The notes under the pieces are model-generated. The model worked only from the letters and a program-made list of their open reading frames with translations. It ran no database searches and was not told the DNA's origin. Below, piece after piece: positions 56,627 to 64,000 of a stretch of 64,000 nt of DNA (within the stretch, counting starts at the first letter, position 1; each line of letters starts with the position of its first letter). Position numbers and translations under genes: made by a program. Location: positions 4,025-68,024 of the forward strand of contig JALWOZ010000012.1 in the NCBI GenBank assembly GCA_027083345.1, read 5' to 3'. This DNA is from Candidatus Kaiserbacteria bacterium (GTDB taxonomy: Bacteria > Patescibacteriota > Minisyncoccia > Phycocordibacterales > UBA2100).

Positions 56627-59494
56627 CTAAATTATCTCAACCTTAAACTCTCCCTCACTAAAATTAAACTTATTTATAAAAGTCTGCTTTGTTATGTCTA
56701 TCTCAAACTTTTGTATTATCCTCTGCTCTTCTTGTGAGGCAGTTACGTTTGCTCCTGTATACTCTCCAGCCTTAAGACCTGCACTCTTACGAGCCTTCTG
56801 CATCTCTCTAACTATCTCTCTCAACTTGCCCTCCTCTATTAAATCGTCAGTGAGGACAGTATCTAGCCCAACCTCATATTGTCCCTCAGGTTCAAAAAAT
56901 ACAGATTTAACATTAAGCTCATCTGCTATAATATCCTTAAGTTCTTGGGATAACTCACTATATCTTAATGTAACTGAGGCTAGAGGTTGTCTCACATTTA
57001 TATGAGCCTCTTTGCGTGCATCTAACGCCTTAGTTATGAGTTTACGTACCTCCTCCATCTCTTCTATTATCTTAGAGTCTACACTCTTTATTGAGCACCA
57101 CCTTGCCAAATGCACACTCTCTACATCGTCAGCCCTCTTAACTCTATGCCACAACCAATCAGCATGAAATGGTGCAAAAGGTGCCAACATCTTAGACAAT
57201 TTACGCAATACAAAACGAGTTGTCTCTAGAGCCTCACGCTTGTCTTGCTTATCCTCACCTTTAAACCTGTCCCTACTACGACGGATATACCAAGTAGAAA
57301 GGTCATCTACAAAATCAACAAAACCTCTTGAGGCCTTGTCTAGCTCATACTCCTCCATAGACCTAGTTACCTCATTATGTAATAGCTCTATACGGGCTAT
57401 AATCCATCTATCTAATATATTTCTACTATCAGACTTACTCTCGTGCTCTAATGAGTCTTTATATAATTCATAAAACTCATATACATTAACCAACCGCCCA
57501 AACATCTTACGGGTAATCTCTTCAACACCCTTCTCTGAAAAAAATAGATTCTCCGCCCTAACGACAGGTGAACTTAATATATAAAGACGCATAGAGTCAG
57601 CTCCATATTTATTAATCATATACATTGGGTCTGGATAATTCTTTAAACTTTTGCTCATCTTTTTACCATCCTCTGCTAAAACCATCCCTGTAGTAACAAC
57701 ATTTTTGAATGCGTTTTTATCAAATAAAGCACCTGAAAGCACATGCTGATAATAAAACCAAGTACGGCACTGGTCTTGAGCCTCAGCTATAAAGTCGGCC
57801 GGCACCCGCTTAATAAACTCATTCTTATTCTCAAATGGATAATGCAAAGAGGCATATGGCACAGACCCGGAGTTAAACCAGGTGTCTAATACATCTGGTA
57901 TGCGCATCATCTGCCCTTTGCCACACTTGCTACAATGCCAAGTTACAGTATCTACTACATCTTTATGTAAATCATTAACTCTTGTACCACTAAGCTCCTC
58001 AAGCTCGTCTATACTCCCCACTACCACCTCACTATCGCACTCACTACACCTCCATACAGGCATGGTATTAGCCCAAAAGCGATTACGAGAAATAGACCAA
58101 TCACGAGCACCCTCAAGCCACTTACCCCAACGTCCTTGCTTAATGTGTTTTGGAGTCCAATTTATATTCTCTGCATATTTAATTAACTTGCTCTTTATCT
58201 CCTCCACTTTTACAAACCAACTTGACGTAGCATAGTTAAGTAGCGGGGTATCACAACGCCAACAATGTGGGTAGCTGTGCTCTATTTTCTTTTTATTAAA
58301 GAGCTTATCGTTATGCGCCAGCCATTTTATTATCTCTATGTCTGTCGCCATATGATCATCTTTGGGCTTTACATTGAGGCCGGCAAAGTCAACAACCTCA
58401 GGTTTAAAATTACCTGCAATGTCTACATGCTGCACAAACGGTAATCCAACCTCTTTAGCCAACTCCATGTCCTCAGCTCCAAATGCAGGAGCCTCATGAG
58501 CTACACCTGTACCATCCTCATCTGAGATAAAGCCCGCAGGATATATCTGCCAACCGTTCTCTCTGTGCTCTAGGCTCTTGTCGTCATAGTAATAATCAAA
58601 GAGGGGCTTATACTTTTTGCCCACCAACTCACTACCTTTATACTCTGCGACTATCTTATACTCTTCATCACCAAAAGTGTCATCTAAACGCCTCTTTGCT
58701 AAGATAAACCTAACGGTGTCCCCACTCTCATTATCTACCTTCTTTATGGTTACGTAATCTATATCAGCACCAACTGCTAGCGCCACGTTACCCGGCAATG
58801 TCCACGGAGTTGTCGTCCAAGCCAAAACATATGTCTTTGGCTCGTCTATTAACTCAAACTTTACTGTTACTGAGAGGTCTTTAATATCTGCATACCCCTC
58901 GGCAACTTCACTCTGACTCAATGTTGTCTCACATCGTGGACAAATATGCATAGGCCTATGACTCTCATATACTAGCCCCTTCTCATATAATTGCTTAAAA
59001 GCCCACCACTCGCTCTCCATAAAGGTTGTGTCCATTGTTTTATAAGCATGCTCCATATCTACCCAGCGTCCTATACGTGGTATTATCTTCTCCCAAGTTT
59101 CTGCATACTCAAATATTTTGCCTCTACAAGTGTCATTAAACTTTTTAACTCCTACCCTCTTTATATCCTCTCTACCCGAGATCCCCAACTCCTTCTCTAC
59201 AATATTCTCTATAGGCAAACCATGACAATCCCAACCCCATTGCCTCTTAACTCTATAACCTCTCATAGTCTTATAGCGAGGGATGGCATCTTTAACAAAG
59301 CTCTGCAACAAGTGTCCATAATGAGGTAACCCTGTGGCAAATGGAGGACCATCATAAAAGGAGAACTCCTTAGGACTGCTCTCTCCTGCCGGGGTCTCAA
59401 TAGACTTAGTAAAGATCTTTTGTCTATCCCAAAAATCCAAGACCTCCTCCTCTCTTAATGCTATGTTGGATTTCTCTATTACTTCTTTAGACAT
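56627..59494 (-). CDS. ileS: Isoleucyl-tRNA synthetase, type 2 (eukaryote-like) form.
   Basis: It has PPFATGLPHYGHLL (the type-2 HIGH region), KMSKSL, and an editing domain. It is 955 aa. Confidence 0.9.
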   Translation of the reverse strand: MSKEVIEKSNIALREEEVLDFWDRQKIFTKSIETPAGESSPKEFSFYDGPPFATGLPHYGHLLQSFVKDAIPRYKTMRGYRVKRQWGWDCHGLPIENIVEKELGISGREDIKRVGVKKFNDTCRGKIFEYAETWEKIIPRIGRWVDMEHAYKTMDTTFMESEWWAFKQLYEKGLVYESHRPMHICPRCETTLSQSEVAEGYADIKDLSVTVKFELIDEPKTYVLAWTTTPWTLPGNVALAVGADIDYVTIKKVDNESGDTVRFILAKRRLDDTFGDEEYKIVAEYKGSELVGKKYKPLFDYYYDDKSLEHRENGWQIYPAGFISDEDGTGVAHEAPAFGAEDMELAKEVGLPFVQHVDIAGNFKPEVVDFAGLNVKPKDDHMATDIEIIKWLAHNDKLFNKKKIEHSYPHCWRCDTPLLNYATSSWFVKVEEIKSKLIKYAENINWTPKHIKQGRWGKWLEGARDWSISRNRFWANTMPVWRCSECDSEVVVGSIDELEELSGTRVNDLHKDVVDTVTWHCSKCGKGQMMRIPDVLDTWFNSGSVPYASLHYPFENKNEFIKRVPADFIAEAQDQCRTWFYYQHVLSGALFDKNAFKNVVTTGMVLAEDGKKMSKSLKNYPDPMYMINKYGADSMRLYILSSPVVRAENLFFSEKGVEEITRKMFGRLVNVYEFYELYKDSLEHESKSDSRNILDRWIIARIELLHNEVTRSMEEYELDKASRGFVDFVDDLSTWYIRRSRDRFKGEDKQDKREALETTRFVLRKLSKMLAPFAPFHADWLWHRVKRADDVESVHLARWCSIKSVDSKIIEEMEEVRKLITKALDARKEAHINVRQPLASVTLRYSELSQELKDIIADELNVKSVFFEPEGQYEVGLDTVLTDDLIEEGKLREIVREMQKARKSAGLKAGEYTGANVTASQEEQRIIQKFEIDITKQTFINKFNFSEGEFKVEII

Positions 59495-59569
59495 AAAACC
59501 GATAACTTAAACTCAGTTTTATTATTGCATAAAAGCTATACTTTATCAATTTAGAGTACCTATGTAACT

Positions 59570-60727
59570 CTACTTCCAATCAGTTAAATAAATACCTTTT
59601 ATATTCGTCTTATCAATCTTCATTACACTAGACAAATACTTTTGCTCTTTTAGAGAGTAGTAGCGTATCCCCGACTGCACATCACCTATATCACTATTTA
59701 ACCAAGATGTAACAAACGCTAATGTATTATTATTTTTGTCAAAAACAGGGTTAGTGGCCACGATAGGTAGAGTTGGTAATGCTGTAAATATCCCTTTCTT
59801 CCAATCTTGGACTCTTATAATCGTAACCAATCTCTCTTTTGGTGAACTCAATGCAAAGTAACTACCATCATCTGCAACATCAAAACCATTAACAATGCTT
59901 ATTGGGCTTAAGCTCTTCCACACTAATTGCTCTCTCTTAGTTAATAGATCATATACATACACTCCATCATTGCGCAAAAACGCAAAAGAGCTTTGGCTTA
60001 TCCACTTGGGATACAGACCATTTGTTATCAATGTCTTATCTGTATCATTAACTAAATATATATTCCAAGACTCTGCCGGCACATTATTGGGCTCATTACT
60101 TGCCTTAGCAAGATTCTCCTTACTTAAAGATGCATAGAGTATCGCTCCACTATTAGAGACTACAGGAGCAGACCTCATATAGTCCTCATCACTATGCACA
60201 GATACCAGCTTGGCTGTTTTTAATAATTTAATGAGACCATTAGCATCTTTGGCTGTCTCTACACTAGCTAAATATATATCATAAGTATTTGCATCTTCAA
60301 CAGTATCTTTTGTAGTAGCTAAATATGCAATATATGCCTCATTGCCCGACACATTATATTGGAGAGATACGGCATCACTACCATTTATCTTATTGACTGG
60401 TAAGCTCACAATCTCTCCACTAAGAGTATTTAATAGTGCCGGCACAGGCGTACCGCTGGCAGATATTACAGAGACGAGTATCTTGCCCTCCGGGAGACTG
60501 TCAGAGTAGCTGATGAGTTGCGCATTGCTTTCAGTCTCTAAATTAACAATTTTAGCTGTGCGCTTGTATATATTATTTAGCACATTATCTTTTAATACGC
60601 TATCATTGCCAAACACAGAGTATACAATAACACCAACACTTAAAATAATAACTAATATGACAATGTTTGTGTATACTCTGCGATTAAACATATAAACCCT
60701 TATTAAAATTACTAAATCTCTTGCCAC
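59570..60727 (-). CDS. Membrane-anchored extracytoplasmic hypothetical protein (possibly beta-propeller-like).
   Basis: It has an N-terminal TM helix. The body is repetitive and beta-rich, with no clear motif. Confidence 0.35.
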   Translation of the reverse strand: MARDLVILIRVYMFNRRVYTNIVILVIILSVGVIVYSVFGNDSVLKDNVLNNIYKRTAKIVNLETESNAQLISYSDSLPEGKILVSVISASGTPVPALLNTLSGEIVSLPVNKINGSDAVSLQYNVSGNEAYIAYLATTKDTVEDANTYDIYLASVETAKDANGLIKLLKTAKLVSVHSDEDYMRSAPVVSNSGAILYASLSKENLAKASNEPNNVPAESWNIYLVNDTDKTLITNGLYPKWISQSSFAFLRNDGVYVYDLLTKREQLVWKSLSPISIVNGFDVADDGSYFALSSPKERLVTIIRVQDWKKGIFTALPTLPIVATNPVFDKNNNTLAFVTSWLNSDIGDVQSGIRYYSLKEQKYLSSVMKIDKTNIKGIYLTDWK

Positions 60728-61893
60728 TCTGGTACTAAGCGGACTGTTACGGAGTCTGTTATTTGCTCACCATTTAGACCTTCACAAGTAAGGTTGTAAG
60801 TAGTTTGGGTTACAATCTCACTAGAGATATGGTCTCCGTTAATACCGCTCCAACCAGCACCTCCATCACCATTAGAGCCGGATACACTACAAGACTTTGT
60901 ATATGCTGAAAGCCATACTATATTGGCTCTCTTTGTCTTTTTAACTAATATCGGCCTTGCAAATATCTGTGCTGTAGGCTCTCCTACGGTAGGTGGAGAG
61001 AGCTCTACCCATGTTACATCACCAGACCCTCCTGTGAGGCTCTCTGTTGGGTAACGAGTAATATAGCACACTCCGGCTCCACACCCTCTAACTCCAGTAG
61101 CTACTCCGCTGTCTAATTGCACAGTACAAACCCCTGATGGATTTGGCACATTTGGCGCATTACATGAGTATGAGCCGGAACCTCCTATGCACTGTGTGCC
61201 ACTATTAACCTCTCCACAGATATTAGGGAAAGATTCACAACTAGAGGGTGTGCAGGATTGTGATTGTGTCGGTGGAGATACTGGAGGCGTAGGTGGAGTT
61301 GGTGGAGTTGGAGGCTCTGGTATATCACAAGAGGCGGAGCGTGAGGCACTCTTGCCAGAGCCGGTAACCGGCCCTAAAACTACATATTCTGAAGGACAAC
61401 ATGTGCCATTAGACACCGTCTGAGTACCAGGGGGACAACTTGATGTATTTGGACCGCCTGAGGATCCGTTATTACTGTCGGTATTGTGGTAGGTAATAGT
61501 ATTGTATGTACCGTCTCCGTTATTGTAAAACTGAGTACCTCCCGTAACTTGTGCGAACCAAGACGGTGTTGTGTTGGTTATTACACTCAAATTATCACTG
61601 TTATTAAATGTATCTACAGTTATATAAGAAGAGCCTCCCGGTTTTGAATTGTCTAAATAAACTTGATCTATAACATTCGTTGTTTCATCAGTAAAGCTGT
61701 CCCAGCTATCAAAAAGATTTATTTCGGAGTTAGAAAATGCATAAGTATATATATAAGGGAATAACAATAATACAAATACTGTACTAGCAATATATAACTT
61801 ATTGTAATTATTTAACATGCATTTTGTACTATATCTAATAACACAATCCATTCTATCACACATAAGATATTTATAACAATATAATACACACAT
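60712..61893 (-). CDS. Secreted Cys-rich hypothetical protein with a Pro-Thr-rich linker (PEPPTPPTPPTPPVSPP).
   Basis: It has an N-terminal hydrophobic signal/anchor. A tandem 9-nt repeat (ggtggagtt) at about 61270-61320 encodes PTPP repeats. No family was recognised. Confidence 0.4.
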   Translation of the reverse strand: MCVLYCYKYLMCDRMDCVIRYSTKCMLNNYNKLYIASTVFVLLLFPYIYTYAFSNSEINLFDSWDSFTDETTNVIDQVYLDNSKPGGSSYITVDTFNNSDNLSVITNTTPSWFAQVTGGTQFYNNGDGTYNTITYHNTDSNNGSSGGPNTSSCPPGTQTVSNGTCCPSEYVVLGPVTGSGKSASRSASCDIPEPPTPPTPPTPPVSPPTQSQSCTPSSCESFPNICGEVNSGTQCIGGSGSYSCNAPNVPNPSGVCTVQLDSGVATGVRGCGAGVCYITRYPTESLTGGSGDVTWVELSPPTVGEPTAQIFARPILVKKTKRANIVWLSAYTKSCSVSGSNGDGGAGWSGINGDHISSEIVTQTTYNLTCEGLNGEQITDSVTVRLVPEWQEI

Positions 61894-61983
61894 AATTCAG
61901 TTAATAACCGAAACAAAAACCTTGTAATAATATGCGTCTTATGTATTATTAAAGTATCGTTCATTACAGATAGGATATTTCTC

Positions 61984-62427
61984 ATGATGAAAGTTGTTTT
62001 TGGGGCTACTATGGCTCTCTTCGCACTCAGTACACAAACACAAGCTCGTGTGCTGAGCAACAATCATGGTGTCGTGTGTGTCATTGGCACATTTATACCA
62101 CCTCATGGCATGGAGCTCAGTGGTAAAGGGGGGTGGGACATTGGCGACCGCAAAAGCCACTTTTCCAACAGTCAGGAGCCGTTCGTACAAACTTGTATGA
62201 ACTACTCCATAGGAAAAGACACACCGACAAAAGGTATGGTTTCAGTGCCGTACAGCACTGAATTCTTCGGCAATGACCCCACCCGCTTTGGGGTATTGGC
62301 ATGCGTCAAAGGAGGGGGTGCGCTCCGCTTTGACAAAGTCATCAATCCCAAAGGGAACTTCCGATACCAATTTAAGGAATCGGAATTCGTACAAGACGGG
62401 CCGGCAATACGAAAGTATTGTCACTGA
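61984..62427 (+). CDS. Small secreted Cys-containing hypothetical protein; GC-elevated and followed by a GC hairpin terminator.
   Basis: It has a signal peptide (MMKVVFGATMALFALSTQTQA). Its composition is clearly above background by eye. Confidence 0.4.
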   Translation: MMKVVFGATMALFALSTQTQARVLSNNHGVVCVIGTFIPPHGMELSGKGGWDIGDRKSHFSNSQEPFVQTCMNYSIGKDTPTKGMVSVPYSTEFFGNDPTRFGVLACVKGGGALRFDKVINPKGNFRYQFKESEFVQDGPAIRKYCH

Positions 62428-62443
62428 CACCTCTCTACACTCT

Positions 62444-62479
62444 CCCGCGCGATATAGCATTGCGCGGGGGTATTTTGTT
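62444..62479 (+). terminator. Hairpin cccgcgc-N11-gcgcggg followed by a T-rich tail.
   Basis: The inverted repeat plus tattttgtt are visible. Confidence 0.5.
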
Positions 62480-62503
62480 ATAATTCAGTTACAACTCAAT
62501 TAA

Positions 62504-62995
62504 TCAAACCTTACGAGACAAGGCTATGGCAACAAGAGATACGGCTGTTATATAAAACTTGTATGTAGCTGACGCTAATATGCTTGTAACTTTAGGTCCA
62601 AATGTATACAAAGTAGAAAAGTCGATTATGCCGGCAGATATTACAACTACCAGAGCTGTGGCCCCAGAAGACGCTAAAAGAATCTTAAAAATCTCTCTAT
62701 TGTCACTAAGTCCACTTGTGTCTCTGTTTAACACCCATGCAGATACAACTGTGATAATGGCAAAAAGCGCCGGCTCTCCCCAACCAAGTTTATAAGGGAA
62801 AATTGTGTAGACAAAGGCGGCGATAGGTATTGCAAGAGCGAGCTCTGAGAGAGCTTTAACCCCTCGCATAAAGCCGTATATAACAAAAGCTATGAGCAAC
62901 AACCCTATAACTAACACATCGGGATAATTAGACACTTGTGCTATAATGCCTCCTGTAGTTGTTGCATCCATATTACAAGTGTAACACAAGCACAT
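62504..62995 (-). CDS. Small polytopic membrane protein (about 4 TM), hypothetical.
   Basis: Its hydrophobicity pattern supports this; there is no motif. Confidence 0.35.
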   Translation of the reverse strand: MCLCYTCNMDATTTGGIIAQVSNYPDVLVIGLLLIAFVIYGFMRGVKALSELALAIPIAAFVYTIFPYKLGWGEPALFAIITVVSAWVLNRDTSGLSDNREIFKILLASSGATALVVVISAGIIDFSTLYTFGPKVTSILASATYKFYITAVSLVAIALSRKV

Positions 62996-63023
62996 ACCAC
63001 TCGAGCTACTACTTGTGTATAAT

Positions 63024-63608
63024 TTATTCTTTAAAATCTCCGACTATTACTCTTGCTGGGCGGATTACACCACTTGCACTCTTGTAGCCCTTGCGGAGGA
63101 TCTTTTGTACCTTATTTGCTTGGGCTTTATCTACCACCTCTATGTGCTCTGCGGCCTCGTGTAAGGCATTGTCAAACTCATCACCCACCTTACCAAATGA
63201 AGTTATACTATGTTGTTCTAATGCACTTATTAACTGTGAATGCACAAACTCCATACCCTGGCGCCATGCAGAGTCTATCTGCTCCCAAGCACTCCCCTGC
63301 ATTGCCGAGTCAAAGCTGTCCAGAGCTGGTAGTAAGCTCTCCAGCACTTGCTCTGCACCACGCCCTTTAGCTTGTGCCAGCTTCTCAGATTCTGCCTTTT
63401 TACTATTAACTACATCTGCCTTGAGACGTTGCCAGCCATCAAGATTCTCTTTAGCTTGCGCTTTGGTCTCTTTAAGTTGCTTCTTGAGCTTGGCTATTTG
63501 CTTGCTCTCAGAAGAGCTAAGAGAATTCTTACCTTGCACCATATCACTATCTGTTTCCGGCTCAAATACTACATCATCTATGTTTTTCTCTTGCTTTATT
63601 TTACTCAT
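63024..63608 (-). CDS. grpE: Nucleotide exchange factor GrpE.
   Basis: It has a coiled-coil N-terminal half. The C-terminus ILRKGYKSASGVIRPARVIVG matches the GrpE beta-domain (VLQKGY.L.DRVLRPAMV). Confidence 0.75.
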   Translation of the reverse strand: MSKIKQEKNIDDVVFEPETDSDMVQGKNSLSSSESKQIAKLKKQLKETKAQAKENLDGWQRLKADVVNSKKAESEKLAQAKGRGAEQVLESLLPALDSFDSAMQGSAWEQIDSAWRQGMEFVHSQLISALEQHSITSFGKVGDEFDNALHEAAEHIEVVDKAQANKVQKILRKGYKSASGVIRPARVIVGDFKE

Positions 63609-63657
63609 CGCAATAGTCTAACATTTTGCAAATTATTATGCCACACCTATTGCACTA

Positions 63658-63978
63658 TTATTGTTTTAGAGTACCTAAATTAGGGATAGATTTTAAAAGT
63701 CTTTGTATATCCACACCTTGCAAATTAATATTGTTAGACAAATCTTGAGCTTGTCCAACAGCTCCTTGTACTTGTTGCAAGGCATCTAGGCTTTGCTGGA
63801 TTATTGGTTGTAATAAATTAAAATATAACCAAATAGGCACTCCGAGCATCAATATCCAAAAGAGTAGCTTAAACAAGAAGCCCCACCGAGCTCCGGCACG
63901 CATCTTTTTTAATAACTTATTATTCTCTACCACTAGGGCATATGTTTGCTCTAGTAGATCCTCTTTACTCTCATGCAT
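63658..63978 (-). CDS. Small membrane hypothetical protein upstream of grpE.
   Basis: It has one TM helix (FLFKLLFWILMLGVPIWLYF). No family was recognised. Confidence 0.3.
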   Translation of the reverse strand: MHESKEDLLEQTYALVVENNKLLKKMRAGARWGFLFKLLFWILMLGVPIWLYFNLLQPIIQQSLDALQQVQGAVGQAQDLSNNINLQGVDIQRLLKSIPNLGTLKQ

Positions 63979-64000
63979 GGTTTTATTATAGCACTATATA

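Noticed and set aside
1-64000. CRISPR arrays, transposases, integrases, prophage or restriction-modification genes
   Set aside because: No regularly spaced direct repeats and no recognisable transposase/integrase/phage structural motifs were seen in any frame. The putative foreign cassettes lack associated mobility genes.

Overview
This window is AT-rich (roughly one-third GC by eye) and gene-dense, with the character of an ultra-small Candidate Phyla Radiation / Patescibacteria-like genome. Core machinery on the minus strand includes secA (partial), rpoD-dnaG, the infA-rpmJ-rpsM-rpsK-rpsD-rpoA-rplQ-rplM-rpsI block, secDF, clpB, ftsW, rmuC, grpE, a Rel/SpoT protein and four aminoacyl-tRNA synthetases (asnS/aspS, trpS, argS, ileS). 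The 16S rRNA gene (minus strand, about 28550..30895) carries an insertion of about 0.9 kb that encodes a LAGLIDADG homing endonuclease. It is not followed by 23S or 5S. Its 3' tail carries a degenerate anti-Shine-Dalgarno, and native genes here mostly lack Shine-Dalgarno motifs. Several short GC-rich cassettes (22063-22880, 28060-28300, 34138-35700, 43010-43140, 49857-50070, 61984-62480) stand out from the background; where checked they carry Shine-Dalgarno motifs and/or GC-rich hairpin terminators, so they look like recent foreign acquisitions. Other items of note are a tight five-gene operon (PlsC-like acyltransferase, cyanobacterial-type acyl-ACP reductase homolog, orphan multi-TM histidine kinase, MFS transporter, GNAT-like protein), a catalytically degenerate PriA homolog, a voltage-gated-type K+ channel with a zinc ribbon, and a lamin-tail-domain surface protein cluster. 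There are two tRNAs (Tyr-GTA, Ile-GAT). I found no CRISPR array, transposase or prophage genes. All calls rest on motif reading of the supplied translations and the sequence by eye; coordinates of RNA features and terminators are approximate (a few nt).
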